A stretch of DNA of 59,207 nucleotides from Candidatus Eiseniibacteriota bacterium (GTDB lineage Bacteria > Eisenbacteria > RBG-16-71-46). Positions within the stretch are counted from its first letter, which is position 1, and each line of letters opens with the position of its first letter. Positions 20,133 to 31,007 of the stretch are shown one piece after another. The notes beneath the pieces are model-generated. The model made no database searches, was not told the origin of the DNA, and saw only the letters and a program-made list of their open reading frames with translations. The stretch spans positions 1-59,207 of the forward strand of contig JANXPZ010000130.1 in the NCBI GenBank assembly GCA_025357055.1, given 5' to 3'. The translations under genes were made by a program, and so were the position numbers.

Positions 20133-22202
20133 ATGTCGAAGCCCAAGGCGCCGCCCCTGTTCGAGCCGCAGATCGTCCGCCGCGCGGCGCTCGATGCGTT
20201 CCGCAAGCTCGATCCGCGCGTCCAGTTCCGCAACCCGGTCATGTTCGTCGTGCTGGTGACCGCGCTCCTGACCACGGTGCTGGGCATCGAGGCGCTGCGC
20301 GGGCACGGCGAGGCCCCGGCGGGCTTCATCCTCGGCGTGTCGATGTGGCTGTGGTTCACGGTGCTGTTCGCCAACTTCGCCGAGGCCATGGCCGAGGGCC
20401 GCGGCAAGGCCCAGGCCGAGGCGCTGCGCAGGGCCCGGGGCGACGTCTTCGCCAAGAAGCTCGTGGACCCCGCCGAGCGCATGGGGTTCTGGGCCGTGCC
20501 CGCGTCCACCCTGCGCAAGGGCGACTTCGTGGTGGTCGCGGCGGGGGACGTCATCCCCTGCGACGCCGAGGTGATCGAGGGCGTGGCCTCGGTGGACGAG
20601 AGCGTCATCACCGGGGAGAGCGCGCCGGTCATCCGCGAGAGCGGCGGCGATCGCAGCGCGGTCACCGGCGGGACCCGCATCCTCTCCGACTGGCTCGTGC
20701 TGCGCGTCAGCGCCGACCCGGGCGAGACCTTCCTCGACCGCATGATCGGCCTGATCGAGGGCGCGAAGCGGCAGAAGACGCCGAACGAGGTCGCGCTCGC
20801 CATCCTGCTGGCCGCCCTGACGCTGATCTTCCTGGTGACGACCGCCACGTTGCTGCCGTTCTCGCTGTACAGCGTGCGCGTCGCCGGGTCGGGCACGCCG
20901 ATCACGGTGACGGCGCTGAGCGCGCTGCTGGTCTGCCTGATCCCGACCACCATCGGCGGCCTGCTCTCGGCCATCGGCATCGCCGGCATGGACCGGCTCA
21001 TCCGCGACAACGTCCTGGCGCTCTCGGGGCGCGCGGTCGAGGCGGCCGGCGACGTGGACGTGCTCCTGCTCGACAAGACCGGGACCATCACGCTCGGCAA
21101 CCGCCAGGCCACCGAGCTGGTCCCGGCCCCCGGCGTGAGCATCGAGCGGCTGGCGGACGCGGCGCAACTGGCCTCGCTCGCGGACGAGACGCCCGAGGGG
21201 CGCAGCATCGTCGTGCTCGCCAAGGAGCGTTACGGACTGCGCGAGCGCGACCTGCATGCGCTGGGCGCCGCCTTCATCCCGTTCAGCGCCCGCACCCGCA
21301 TGAGTGGTGTGAACCTGGACGGCCGCGCGGTGCGCAAGGGTGCCACGGATGCGATCGAGGGCTTCGTGAAGGAGCACGGCGGCGTGATGCCCGCCGCGGT
21401 CCGCGGTGCGGTGGACGCCATCGCGCGCGCCGGCTCGACGCCGCTGGTGGTGGCCGAGGACGGCGTCGTGCTGGGCGCGATCCAGCTGAAGGACGTGGTC
21501 AAGGGCGGCATCCGCGAGCGCTTCGCCGAACTGCGCCGGATGGGGATCAAGACCGTGATGATCACCGGTGACAACCCGCTCACGGCCGCCGCCATCGCCG
21601 CGGAGGCGGGCGTGGACGATTTCCTGGCCGAGGCCACGCCCGAGGCCAAGCTCGAGTTGATCCGCCAGCAGCAGGCGGGTGGGCGGCTGGTGGCGATGAC
21701 CGGCGACGGGACCAACGACGCGCCCGCGCTGGCGCAGGCCGACGTCGCGGTGGCCATGAACTCCGGCACGCAGGCCGCCAAGGAGGCCGGGAACATGGTG
21801 GACCTCGACTCGAACCCGACCAAGCTGATCGAGATCGTCGAGACCGGCAAGCAGTTGCTGATGACGCGCGGCGCGCTGACCACATTCAGCATCTCGAACG
21901 ACGTCGCCAAGTACTTCGCCATCGTCCCCGCGGCCTTCGTCGGCACCTATCCGGCGCTCGCGGCGCTCAACGTCATGCGCCTGGCGACGCCCAACAGCGC
22001 CATCCTCTCGGCGGTCATCTTCAACGCGCTGGTCATCATCGCGCTCGTCCCGCTGGCGCTGCGCGGCGTGCGCTACCGTCCGCTGGGCGCCGCGACGGTG
22101 CTTCGCAACCACCTGCTGATCTACGGCCTGGGCGGCCTGGTCGCCCCGTTCCTGGGGATCAAGGCCATCGACCTGGTCCTGGTCGCGCTCCGCCTCACCT
22201 AG
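20133..22202 (+). CDS. kdpB: K+-transporting P-type ATPase subunit B
   Basis: [38 protein letters not shown] before ATG 20133. Confidence 0.96.
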   Translation: MSKPKAPPLFEPQIVRRAALDAFRKLDPRVQFRNPVMFVVLVTALLTTVLGIEALRGHGEAPAGFILGVSMWLWFTVLFANFAEAMAEGRGKAQAEALRRARGDVFAKKLVDPAERMGFWAVPASTLRKGDFVVVAAGDVIPCDAEVIEGVASVDESVITGESAPVIRESGGDRSAVTGGTRILSDWLVLRVSADPGETFLDRMIGLIEGAKRQKTPNEVALAILLAALTLIFLVTTATLLPFSLYSVRVAGSGTPITVTALSALLVCLIPTTIGGLLSAIGIAGMDRLIRDNVLALSGRAVEAAGDVDVLLLDKTGTITLGNRQATELVPAPGVSIERLADAAQLASLADETPEGRSIVVLAKERYGLRERDLHALGAAFIPFSARTRMSGVNLDGRAVRKGATDAIEGFVKEHGGVMPAAVRGAVDAIARAGSTPLVVAEDGVVLGAIQLKDVVKGGIRERFAELRRMGIKTVMITGDNPLTAAAIAAEAGVDDFLAEATPEAKLELIRQQQAGGRLVAMTGDGTNDAPALAQADVAVAMNSGTQAAKEAGNMVDLDSNPTKLIEIVETGKQLLMTRGALTTFSISNDVAKYFAIVPAAFVGTYPALAALNVMRLATPNSAILSAVIFNALVIIALVPLALRGVRYRPLGAATVLRNHLLIYGLGGLVAPFLGIKAIDLVLVALRLT

Positions 22203-22211
22203 AGGTCCGAC

Positions 22212-22802
22212 ATGCGTACCGAGTCCCGTCCCGCGCTCGTCCTGCTGCTGATCTTCACCGTGCTCACCGGAGGGGTCTACCCGCTCGTCCTGACCGGTGT
22301 GGCGAAGCTCGTCTTCCCGCGCCAGGCGGAGGGCAGCCTGATCGTGCACGACGGGCGCGCGGTCGGCTCGCGCCTGGTCGGTCAGCCGTTCTCGGCGCCG
22401 CGCTACTTCTGGGGGCGGCTATCGGCCACGACGCCGGTCCCGTTCGACGCCTCCGCCTCCTCCGGCTCGAACCTGGGGCCGCTCCACCCGGCGCTGTTCG
22501 ACGCGGCGCGGGCCCGCATCGCGGCGCTGCGGGCAGCCGACCCCACGGCGCGCGGGCCCGTGCCCGTGGACCTGGTCACCGCCTCGGGCAGCGGACTCGA
22601 TCCGCACGTCAGCCCGGCCGCGGCCGAGTACCAGGTGGCCCGCGTGGCCCGGGCGCGAGGCCTGTCCCCCGCGGAGGTCCGGGCGATCGTCAGCCGTCAC
22701 ACGGAGGGCCGCAGCTTCGGCCTCCTGGGCGAGCCGCGCGTGAACGTGCTCGAGACCAACCTGGCGCTGGACGACCTTGCCCGGCCGGGCGCGGCGCGCT
22801 GA
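22212..22802 (+). CDS. kdpC: K+-transporting ATPase subunit C
   Basis: [36 protein letters not shown]. Confidence 0.95.
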   Translation: MRTESRPALVLLLIFTVLTGGVYPLVLTGVAKLVFPRQAEGSLIVHDGRAVGSRLVGQPFSAPRYFWGRLSATTPVPFDASASSGSNLGPLHPALFDAARARIAALRAADPTARGPVPVDLVTASGSGLDPHVSPAAAEYQVARVARARGLSPAEVRAIVSRHTEGRSFGLLGEPRVNVLETNLALDDLARPGAAR

Positions 22803-22901
22803 ACGTCGCCGGTCCGGCCCGGCGGGGCGCTGTGCTAGGCTCGTGACACGCGGCACGGCGTGGGGGCCGGACCCCCGCCCGTCCCGCGCGGAAGGCCCCG
22901 C

Positions 22902-25634
22902 ATGAACGAGCAGCGTCCCGACCCCGATGAGCTCCTGCGCCGCATCCGCGAGCAGGAGGAGCGCGAGCGCCGCGCCAAGCTCAAGATCTTCTTCGGCGCC
23001 TCGGCCGGTGTCGGCAAGACCTACGCGATGCTGGTCGAGGCGCACGAACGCCGCCGCGCCGGAGTGGACGTCGCGGTGGGCCTGGTCGAGACCCACGGGC
23101 GCGCCGAGACTGCCGCGCTGCTCGAGGGGCTGGACGTCCTGCCTTCGCGCCCGGTCGAGTACCGTGGCGCCACGCTGCGCGAATTCGATCTGGACGCGGC
23201 GCTGGCCCGCCGTCCGGGCCTGCTGCTGCTGGACGAGCTGGCGCACACCAACGCGCCGGGCTCCCGGCACGCCAAGCGCTGGCTGGACGTCGAGGAGTTG
23301 CTCGCCGCGGGCATCGACGTCCACACGACCCTGAACGTCCAGCACGTCGAGAGCCTCTACGACGTGGTCGCCCAGATCACCGGCGTGGCGGTGCGGGAGC
23401 TCGTGCCCGATTCGATCCTCGAGCGCGCGGACGAGATCGAGCTGGTGGACCTGCCGCCCGACGATCTGCTCCAGCGCCTGCGCGAGGGGCGCGTCTACAT
23501 CCCCGAGCAGGCCGCGCGCGCGGCGGAGCACTTCTTCAAGAAGGGGAACCTGATCGCGCTGCGGGAGCTGGCCCTGCGCGTGACCGCCCAGCGTGTGGAC
23601 CAGCAGATGGAGTCCTACCGCCGCGAGCACGCCATTCGCGACACGTGGGCCGTGGGCGGGCGCATCCTGGTGGGCCTGGGGGAGCCGAGGGCGGGCTTGC
23701 GCCTGATCCGCGCGGCCAGCCGGATGGCGGCGCGGCTGCAGGCCGAATGGCTGGTGGTGCACGTCGAGACCCCGGGCGAGTTCGCGCCCTCGGGCGCCGC
23801 GCGCGACCACCTCGTGGACCTGATGGGCTACGCCGAGGAGTTGGGCGCCGAGACCGCGATGCTCACCGGCACGCGCGTCACCGATCAGATGCTCGCCTAC
23901 GCCCGGGAGCGGAACGTCTCGCGCATCATCGTGGGCAAGCCGTCGCGCGCGCGCTGGCTCCGGCTCCTGCGCGGCTCGCTGGTGGAGGCGCTGCTGTCCG
24001 GCAGCGGCGGGATCGACGTCTTCGTCATGAGCGGCGAGCGCGCGGAGGACGAGAGGCCGGCCGGCCCCGCGCCCGCGCGGGCGCCCTCGCTTCACGCCTC
24101 GGGCTACGCGCAGAGCCTGCTGGCCGTCGCGCTCTGCACGGGCATCGCCTGGATCGTGCACCTGCGGCTGCCCCCGGCCAACCTGCCGATGATCTACCTG
24201 CTCGGCATCATGGCGGTGGCGATGCGCCTGGGCCGCGGCCCGGCCGTGCTGGCCTCGGTGCTGAGCGTGGCCGCCTTCGACTTCTTCTTCGTGCCGCCGA
24301 TCCTGGCGATGCACGTCTCGGACACGAAGTACCTGCTGACCTTCGCCGGCATGCTGGTCGTGGGGCTGGTCATCAGCACCATGGCGTCGCGCCTGCGCCA
24401 GCAGGCGGACTCGGCCCGGGAGCGCGAGCACCGGACCGCGGCGCTCTACATGCTCAGCCGCGAGTTGTCGGGCCTGCGCGGGACGCGGGAGCTGCTGCGC
24501 GCAGCGCTGCGGCGGGTGGCGGACGTGCTGGGATGCCGCGGCGTGATCCTCCTGCCCGACGACTCGGGCGCGCTCGCGGTCTCCGCGGGCGAGGCGTCGG
24601 TGCTGGGCGAGGCCGGCCACGACCAGGGCGTGGCCCAGTGGGTCCTCGACCACGCACAGCCCGCGGGAGCGGGCACGTCCACGCTGCCGGCGGCGGGCGC
24701 CCTGTTCCTGCCCCTGCTCGGGGCGAGCCAGACCGTGGGCGTGCTCGGTCTGGTGCCGGGCGATCCGGGGCGCGCGCTGACCCGTGACCGCCTCCGGCTG
24801 GCCGAGACCTTCGCCTCGCAGGTGGCGCTCAGCCTCGAGCGCGCGCAACTCGCCGAGCAGGCCGAGCGCACGCACGTGCTGGTCGAGTCCGAGCGCACGC
24901 GCAGCCTGCTCCTGAGCAGCGTCTCGCACGACCTGCGCACGCCGCTCTCGGTCATCACCGGTGCGACCAGCAGCCTGCTGGCCGACGGCGCGCCGTTGTC
25001 CGCACCGCTGCGCCGGGAGCTGGTGGAGACCATCGCCGAGGAGGCCCAGCGCCTGAACCGGCTGGTCGGCAACCTGCTCGACATGACGCGGCTCGAGTCG
25101 GGCGCGATGCCGGTGCGGTGGGAGTGGCACTCGCTCGAAGAGGTCGTGGGCTCCGCCCTGGGGCGGCTCGAGTCGCGCCTGCGGGGCCGGGAAGTGGTCG
25201 TGCGACTGGCGCCGGGCCTGCCGCTGGTCCAGCTCGACGACGTCCTGATCGAGCAGGTGCTCTTCAACCTGGTCGAGAACGCGCTCAAGTACACTCCAGC
25301 CGGCAGCCCGATCGAGATCGGCGCGGCGCTCGGTGATGGAGCGCTGCGCATCGAGGTGGCCGACCGTGGCCCGGGGCTGCCGCCGGGGCAGGAGGAGAGT
25401 GTGTTCGAGAAGTTCTACCGGGGCCGGCGCGAGGGGGACCCGAGCGGCGTGGGCCTGGGCCTGAGCATCTGCCGCGGCATCATCGAGGCGCACGGGGGCA
25501 CCATCTCGGCGGAGGGCCGTGAGGGCGGTGGGGCGTTGTTCCGGGTGATGTTGCCGCAGCGGGAACAACCGCCGACCGTGGTGCCGGAGAAGGAGCCCGG
25601 CCCGGGCGCCGTCGCGGGCCAGGAGCCGTCGTGA
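22902..25634 (+). CDS. kdpD: Sensor histidine kinase KdpD
   Basis: RPDPD, GASAGVGKTY, DELAHTN, Usp domain, 4 TM, GAF, SHDLRTPL, NLVENALKY, GLGLSIC. Confidence 0.95.
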   Translation: MNEQRPDPDELLRRIREQEERERRAKLKIFFGASAGVGKTYAMLVEAHERRRAGVDVAVGLVETHGRAETAALLEGLDVLPSRPVEYRGATLREFDLDAALARRPGLLLLDELAHTNAPGSRHAKRWLDVEELLAAGIDVHTTLNVQHVESLYDVVAQITGVAVRELVPDSILERADEIELVDLPPDDLLQRLREGRVYIPEQAARAAEHFFKKGNLIALRELALRVTAQRVDQQMESYRREHAIRDTWAVGGRILVGLGEPRAGLRLIRAASRMAARLQAEWLVVHVETPGEFAPSGAARDHLVDLMGYAEELGAETAMLTGTRVTDQMLAYARERNVSRIIVGKPSRARWLRLLRGSLVEALLSGSGGIDVFVMSGERAEDERPAGPAPARAPSLHASGYAQSLLAVALCTGIAWIVHLRLPPANLPMIYLLGIMAVAMRLGRGPAVLASVLSVAAFDFFFVPPILAMHVSDTKYLLTFAGMLVVGLVISTMASRLRQQADSAREREHRTAALYMLSRELSGLRGTRELLRAALRRVADVLGCRGVILLPDDSGALAVSAGEASVLGEAGHDQGVAQWVLDHAQPAGAGTSTLPAAGALFLPLLGASQTVGVLGLVPGDPGRALTRDRLRLAETFASQVALSLERAQLAEQAERTHVLVESERTRSLLLSSVSHDLRTPLSVITGATSSLLADGAPLSAPLRRELVETIAEEAQRLNRLVGNLLDMTRLESGAMPVRWEWHSLEEVVGSALGRLESRLRGREVVVRLAPGLPLVQLDDVLIEQVLFNLVENALKYTPAGSPIEIGAALGDGALRIEVADRGPGLPPGQEESVFEKFYRGRREGDPSGVGLGLSICRGIIEAHGGTISAEGREGGGALFRVMLPQREQPPTVVPEKEPGPGAVAGQEPS

Positions 25635-26347
25635 CCGACTCCGAGCCGAAGGAGGGGCTGGCCCCGCTGGTCCTGGTCGTCGAAGACGAGGTCTCCATGG
25701 TGCGCCTGCTCAAGGCGGCGCTCGGCAGCCAGGGTTTTCGCGTGGTCGAGGCCTCGAGCGGCCAGGAGGCGCTGCGCCAGGCGGCCACGCGCTCCCCCGA
25801 CCTGGTCGTGCTCGATCTCGGCCTGCCCGACCTGGACGGGCTCGAGGTCACGCGCCGGCTGCGCGAGTGGTCCGCCGTGCCTATCATCGTGGTCTCGGCG
25901 CGCGGCCAGGAGGGCGACAAGATCAAGGCCCTCGACGCGGGCGCGGACGACTACGTCACCAAGCCCTTCGCGGTCGGTGAGCTGTTGGCGCGCATGCGGG
26001 TCGCGCTGCGGCACGCGGCCCGGACCGCGCAGGAGCCGGGCGACACCGAGATGACGGTGGGCGGACTGCGGGTGGACCGGCTGCGCCGGCAGGTGTTCGT
26101 GGACGAGGCCGAGGTCCGACTGACGCCGATCGAGTACCGGTTGCTCTCGGCGCTCGCCCAGTATCCCGGCCGGGTGCTGACCCACGAGCACCTGCTGCGA
26201 CAGGTCTGGGGACCGGGCTACACGCAGCAGCGCCACTATCTGCGCGTCTACATGGCGCAGTTGCGGCACAAGCTCGAGCCAGACCCGTCGCGGCCACGCT
26301 ACCTGCTGACCGAGCCCGGGGTCGGCTACCGCCTGCGCGATTCCTGA
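25631..26347 (+). CDS. kdpE: OmpR-family response regulator KdpE
   Basis: VVEDE, LDLGLPD, GADDYVTKPF, YLRVYMAQLRHKLE, TEPGVGYR. Confidence 0.95.
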   Translation: MTDSEPKEGLAPLVLVVEDEVSMVRLLKAALGSQGFRVVEASSGQEALRQAATRSPDLVVLDLGLPDLDGLEVTRRLREWSAVPIIVVSARGQEGDKIKALDAGADDYVTKPFAVGELLARMRVALRHAARTAQEPGDTEMTVGGLRVDRLRRQVFVDEAEVRLTPIEYRLLSALAQYPGRVLTHEHLLRQVWGPGYTQQRHYLRVYMAQLRHKLEPDPSRPRYLLTEPGVGYRLRDS

Positions 26348-26551
26348 GGGGCCGCAGCCCGGCCGGTGTCCGGCCGGACCGTCGACTTTGGTAGCATCGC
26401 GGCCGTTCTGCAGGTAGGATGCCGCTGAACTGCCACGCGCCGGAACCAGGACCTCTCGTCGGGGCGCGTACGGAATGCGACCATCGCCACCGAAGCCCCT
26501 CCGGCCCCGGTGCGCACACATGAAGAGCATGTGATCACAGGGAGGAACCCG

Positions 26552-28651
26552 ATGAGTGACCTTTCCTACGGACGGGACAGGCTCGGCGATGCGGAGGCGT
26601 CCACTCGCCTCGAGTGGCTGGTGACCAACGGCATCGGAGGCTTCGCCTCGGGCACGGTGAGCGGGGCCCTGACCCGGCGCTACCACGGTCTGCTCGTCGC
26701 GTCGCTCAAGCCGCCGGTCGGCCGCACCCTGTTGCTCGCCAAGCTGGCCGAGAGCCTCGATGTGGGCGGGGCCTGGGTGGACCTCGACGAGAACCGCTGG
26801 GCGAGCGGGACCACCTCGCCCTCCGGCAACCTGCACCTCGAGTCCTTCCGGCTCGACGAGACCGTGCCGGTGTGGACCTGGGCCATCGGGGATACGCGCC
26901 TCGAGAAGCGCGTCTGGATGGAGCACGGCGAGAACACGACCTTCATCGAGTACCGCCTGGCCTCGGCCAGCGCTCCGGCGCGGCTCTACCTGCGGGCCCT
27001 GGTCAACCACCGCGACGCCCATGAGACCAACTCGAACGGCGCCTGGACCGCGCGCGTCGAGCCTTCCGCGGGCGGGGTCTGCATCGAGGCCTGGGACGGC
27101 GCCACGCCGTTGTGGCTGTTCGCCCCCGGGGCCGAGGTGCGGCCGGTGAACGACTGGTACCGCGGCTTCCAGCTCTCGCTCGAGGCCGAGCGCGGGCTCG
27201 ATTGCGTCGAGGACCACCTGTGCGCGGCCGAGATCATCGCCACGCTCAATCCGGGCGAGGCCATCGTGATCACGGCCAGCACGCGCCGCAGCGCCGGCCG
27301 CGACGCCGGCACGCCGCTGGCGCGGGCCTTCTCGCTGCAGCGGCGGCGCGCACACGAGAAGAGCCTGCTCGACGCCTGGCGCAAGGCGCAGCCGAAGGCC
27401 TCGCGCACCGCGCCCGAGTGGGTGCGACGGCTGGTGCTGGCCGCCGACCAGTTCGTGGTCGAGCGCGCCATCCCGGGCGAACCGCAGGGCCGCAGCATCA
27501 TCGCCGGGTATCCGTGGTTCAGCGACTGGGGGCGCGACACCATGATCGCGCTGCCCGGCCTGGCGCTGGCGACCGGGCGGCCGGAGCTGGCGCGCACCAT
27601 CCTCTCCACCTTCGCGCGCTTCGTGGACCAGGGGATGCTGCCCAACTACTTCCCCGACCAGGGCGAGCCGCCCACCTACAACACCGTGGACGCGGCACTC
27701 TGGTTCTTCCAGGCGGTGCGCTCGTACGTCGAGACCACCGGGGACCTCAAGTTCCTGACCGAGGTCTACCCCACGCTCGAGGACATCGGCGCCTGGTACG
27801 AGCGCGGCACGCGCTACGGCATCCACATGGACACGGCGGACAGCCTCATCGCCGCGGGCGACGACGGGGTGCAGCTCACCTGGATGGACGCCAAGGTGGA
27901 CGACTGGGTGGTCACGCCGCGCCGGGGCAAGCCGGTGGAGGTGAACGCGCTCTGGTACAACGCGCTCGCTGCCATGGTGATGTTCGCGAACCGGCTCAAG
28001 CTGCCGGCCGACGCGCACGAGCGGCGCATGCGTGAGATCGAGATGTCGTTCCAGCGCTTCTGGAACCCCGAGACCGGCTGCCTCTTCGACGTGCTCGACG
28101 GCCCCGAGGGGAACGACCCGGCGATCCGCCCCAACCAGTTGCTCGCCGTCTCGCTGCCGGCCAGCCCGCTCACGCACGAGCAGCAGCGCGCGGTGCTCGA
28201 GACCTGCGGAACGCAGCTGCTGACCTCGCACGGGCTGCGCAGCCTGGCGCCCGGCGATTCGCGCTTCCACGGCGTCTACACCGGGGACCGGCGCCAGCGG
28301 GATGGCGCCTATCATCAGGGCACGGTCTGGACCTGGCTGCTGCCGCACTTCGCGCTGGCGCACGCCCGCGTGCACGGGCGGAAGGAGGAGGCCCTCGCGT
28401 TCCTCGAGCCGCTGGGAGAGCTGATCGGAGCCTGCGGCGTGGGCTCGTTGCCCGAGATCGCCGACGGCGCGGCGCCGTTCACGCCGCGCGGCTGCATCGC
28501 GCAGGCCTGGTCGGTGGGAGAGACGCTGCGCGCGTGGCACGCGCTCACGGTGGCCCGCCCGGTGACGGCGAAGACCGCCCGGACCCCGGCCCGCGCGAAG
28601 TCGCGCGCCCGGACGACGACGCGACCCAGGGCGCTGGCGCGCTCCCGGTAG
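26552..28651 (+). CDS. Amylo-alpha-1,6-glucosidase / glycogen debranching enzyme (GDE N + C domains)
   Basis: EWLVTNGIGGFASGT, RRYHGLL, AGYPWFSDWGRDTMI, LTWMDAK, YHQGTVW, GCIAQAWS. GGAGG RBS. Confidence 0.92.
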   Translation: MSDLSYGRDRLGDAEASTRLEWLVTNGIGGFASGTVSGALTRRYHGLLVASLKPPVGRTLLLAKLAESLDVGGAWVDLDENRWASGTTSPSGNLHLESFRLDETVPVWTWAIGDTRLEKRVWMEHGENTTFIEYRLASASAPARLYLRALVNHRDAHETNSNGAWTARVEPSAGGVCIEAWDGATPLWLFAPGAEVRPVNDWYRGFQLSLEAERGLDCVEDHLCAAEIIATLNPGEAIVITASTRRSAGRDAGTPLARAFSLQRRRAHEKSLLDAWRKAQPKASRTAPEWVRRLVLAADQFVVERAIPGEPQGRSIIAGYPWFSDWGRDTMIALPGLALATGRPELARTILSTFARFVDQGMLPNYFPDQGEPPTYNTVDAALWFFQAVRSYVETTGDLKFLTEVYPTLEDIGAWYERGTRYGIHMDTADSLIAAGDDGVQLTWMDAKVDDWVVTPRRGKPVEVNALWYNALAAMVMFANRLKLPADAHERRMREIEMSFQRFWNPETGCLFDVLDGPEGNDPAIRPNQLLAVSLPASPLTHEQQRAVLETCGTQLLTSHGLRSLAPGDSRFHGVYTGDRRQRDGAYHQGTVWTWLLPHFALAHARVHGRKEEALAFLEPLGELIGACGVGSLPEIADGAAPFTPRGCIAQAWSVGETLRAWHALTVARPVTAKTARTPARAKSRARTTTRPRALARSR

Positions 28652-28792
28652 GGTCGCGTCGCGCGAACGCGGAACAAGGCGGGCCGGTCGGGCACCGCGG
28701 CGGCGAAGCCGCCGAGGTCAGGGCCGGCCCGCTTCGCCTTCGGGCGCGCGGGCATCGCGCCGGGTCGGTACGTTCCCATCGTGGTCCGGCAA

Positions 28793-28863
28793 GGGGTAGC
28801 CGGTGATGGTGGTGGGCGAGCGCATGGTGCCTCTGCTCGCCCACCACCATCACTGGCTACCCC
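28793..28863. repeat. Long hairpin A: 29-bp arms (one G.T pair), 13-nt loop GCATGGTGCCTCT
   Basis: Arms 28793-28821 and 28835-28863 checked base by base. Confidence 0.92.
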
Positions 28864-28867
28864 ACGA

Positions 28868-28915
28868 CCTCGGCACCTCTTCAGCACCGCCACCTCGGCA
28901 CTATTCCCTCGGCAC
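28868..28915 (+). repeat. Short direct repeats CCTCGGCAC (x3 plus one variant)
   Basis: Copies at 28868, 28893 and 28907; variant CTTCAGCAC at 28879. Confidence 0.7.
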
Positions 28916-29018
28916 CGCTTTCTGCGGGTTGCCGGATGCCCGGGCGCGTGTTAGTGGTCCGTGACGTGTCTGGATCCCTTCGCATCTGTCGCACCGCGCC
29001 TCTGATCCGGGTCCCGGG

Positions 29019-31007
29019 ATGCTGCTGATCCTCGCCGGCCTGGGGCTGCTCGTGCTCGGCGCCATCGCCTCCCTGATGGCCGCACGCTCGCCGCGCCGGG
29101 CCACGCTCCTGGGCGTGGGCGGCACCATCGCCGGCTGCGCCTGCGCCCTGGTCCCGGTCGTGCGCGTCCTGCTCGGCCACGCCCCCGAGAGCCTGCGGCT
29201 GCCCTGGAGCGTCCCCTTCGGTGTCTTCGCACTTGGCCTGGACGGGCTCTCGGGCTTCTTCCTGCTGCCCATCCTCGCGCTCTCGGCGCTCGCCGCGCTC
29301 TACGGGAGCGAATATCTCGGCGCCTTCCGCGGGCGCGTGGTCCCCGCGCGGGCCTGGCCCTTCTTCGCGCTGCTCGTCGCGGCCATGGCGCTGGTGGTGC
29401 TGGCGCGCAACGGCGTGCTGTTCCTGGTGGCGTGGGAGATCATGTCGCTGGCGGCCTACTTCCTGGTGGTGCTCGAGGACGAGACCCCGGCGGTGCGCTC
29501 CGCGGGCTGGACGTATCTCGTCGCCACGCACCTGGGCACGGCCTTCCTGATCGTGATGTTCGTGGTGCTGGGACATGAGGCGGGCTCGCTCGACTTCGAG
29601 CGCTTCGGCGCCGCCCTGCCGCTCGCCGCCCCGCTGGCCGGCCTGGTCTTCGTCCTCGCGATGATCGGCTTCGGCACCAAGGCCGGCTTCATGCCCCTGC
29701 ACGTCTGGCTGCCCGAGGCGCATCCGGCCGCACCCAGCCACGTCTCCGCCGTGATGTCGGGGGTGATGATCAAGCTCGGCATCTACGGCCTGCTGCGCAC
29801 GCTCACGTTCCTGGGCCCGCCGCCGGCCTGGTGGGGCTGGACGCTGGTGGCCGTCGGACTGACCTCGGGCGTGCTCGGCGTGCTCTTCGCCCTGGCCCAG
29901 CACGACCTCAAGCGGCTGCTGGCCTACTGCAGTGTCGAGAACATCGGGATCATCGCCCTGGGGATCGGCGGGGGTCTGCTCGGCGTGCACCACGGGTCGG
30001 CGGCGCTGGCCGTGCTGGGCTTCGCCGGGGCGCTGCTGCACGTCGTGAACCACGCCCTGTTCAAGGGCCTGCTCTTCCTCGGCGCGGGCGCGGTCGTGCA
30101 CGCCACCGGCACGCGCGAGATGGACCAGCTCGGCGGACTCCTGAAGCGCATGCCGTGGACCGGCTCGCTGTTCGTGGTCGGAGCCGCGGCGATCTGCGGC
30201 CTGCCGCCGCTCAACGGCTTCGCCAGCGAGTTCCTCGTGTTCCTCGGGGCGTACCAGGGCGTGCTGCACCCCGCGGCGGCGGTGGCGGGGCCCGCGCTCG
30301 CCGTGCTGGCCGGGCTCGCGCTCATCGGTGGCCTGGCGGCGGCGTGCTTCGCCAAGGTCATCGGCGTTGTGTTCCTGGGCGAGGCCCGCAGCGGGCACGT
30401 CGCGCAGGCGCACGACCCGGGCACGGCGATGACGCTGCCCATGGTGGTGCTGGCGTCGGGCTGCGTGCTGGTGGGCCTCGCGCCCGTCCTGCTGGTGGGG
30501 CGCATGGGCGGCGCGCTCGAGCCGCTGACGCGGCTGCCGGCGGTGGCGATCGAGCTGGCGCTGGCGCCCGCGTTGCTGCCGCTCCAGTGGATCACGCTCG
30601 CGGCGGCCGTGCTGCTCGCCCTGGTCGGGACGCTCTCGATCTGGCGGCGCCGGCGCCTCGCCGGCCGGCCGGTGCGCGAGGCGCTCACCTGGGATTGCGG
30701 TTACGCCCGGCCCACGCCGCGCATGCAATACACCGGCTCGTCTTTCGTGCGGCCGCTCACGCGGCTCTTCGGCGGGTTCCTGCGCACGCGCACCACGCGG
30801 GTCGCGCCCGTCGGTCCCTTCCCCGGGCCGGCGGCGCTCGCCACCGCGACGCCGGACGTCTTCCGCGACGCGCTCTTCCGCCCCGCGTTCCGCATGGCCT
30901 CCGGGACGCTGGCGAAGCTGCGCTGGCTGCAGCACGGGCGGGTGCAGCTCTACGTCCTCTACATCCTGCTCACGCTGGTCGTGCTGCTGGTGTGGAAGCT
31001 GAGATGA
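29019..31007 (+). CDS. hyfB: Hydrogenase-4 component B-like antiporter-type membrane subunit (Ehr complex)
   Basis: FLVAWEIMS, KAGFMPLHVWLPEAHPAAPSHVSA, LKRLLAYCSVEN, GLPPLNGFASE, TWDCGY. Confidence 0.88.
   Translation: MLLILAGLGLLVLGAIASLMAARSPRRATLLGVGGTIAGCACALVPVVRVLLGHAPESLRLPWSVPFGVFALGLDGLSGFFLLPILALSALAALYGSEYLGAFRGRVVPARAWPFFALLVAAMALVVLARNGVLFLVAWEIMSLAAYFLVVLEDETPAVRSAGWTYLVATHLGTAFLIVMFVVLGHEAGSLDFERFGAALPLAAPLAGLVFVLAMIGFGTKAGFMPLHVWLPEAHPAAPSHVSAVMSGVMIKLGIYGLLRTLTFLGPPPAWWGWTLVAVGLTSGVLGVLFALAQHDLKRLLAYCSVENIGIIALGIGGGLLGVHHGSAALAVLGFAGALLHVVNHALFKGLLFLGAGAVVHATGTREMDQLGGLLKRMPWTGSLFVVGAAAICGLPPLNGFASEFLVFLGAYQGVLHPAAAVAGPALAVLAGLALIGGLAAACFAKVIGVVFLGEARSGHVAQAHDPGTAMTLPMVVLASGCVLVGLAPVLLVGRMGGALEPLTRLPAVAIELALAPALLPLQWITLAAAVLLALVGTLSIWRRRRLAGRPVREALTWDCGYARPTPRMQYTGSSFVRPLTRLFGGFLRTRTTRVAPVGPFPGPAALATATPDVFRDALFRPAFRMASGTLAKLRWLQHGRVQLYVLYILLTLVVLLVWKLR

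Noticed and set aside
26420-26500. Possible c-di-AMP (ydaO) riboswitch after kdpE (CCGCTGAA..GGAAC..GGGGC)
   Set aside because: Only fragmentary resemblance; the conserved 3' elements are missing and it lies downstream of the kdp genes.
26530-26539. TGTGATCACA palindrome as a CRP site before the debranching enzyme
   Set aside because: Lacks the 6-bp spacer of TGTGA-N6-TCACA; a single 10-bp palindrome is not enough to call.
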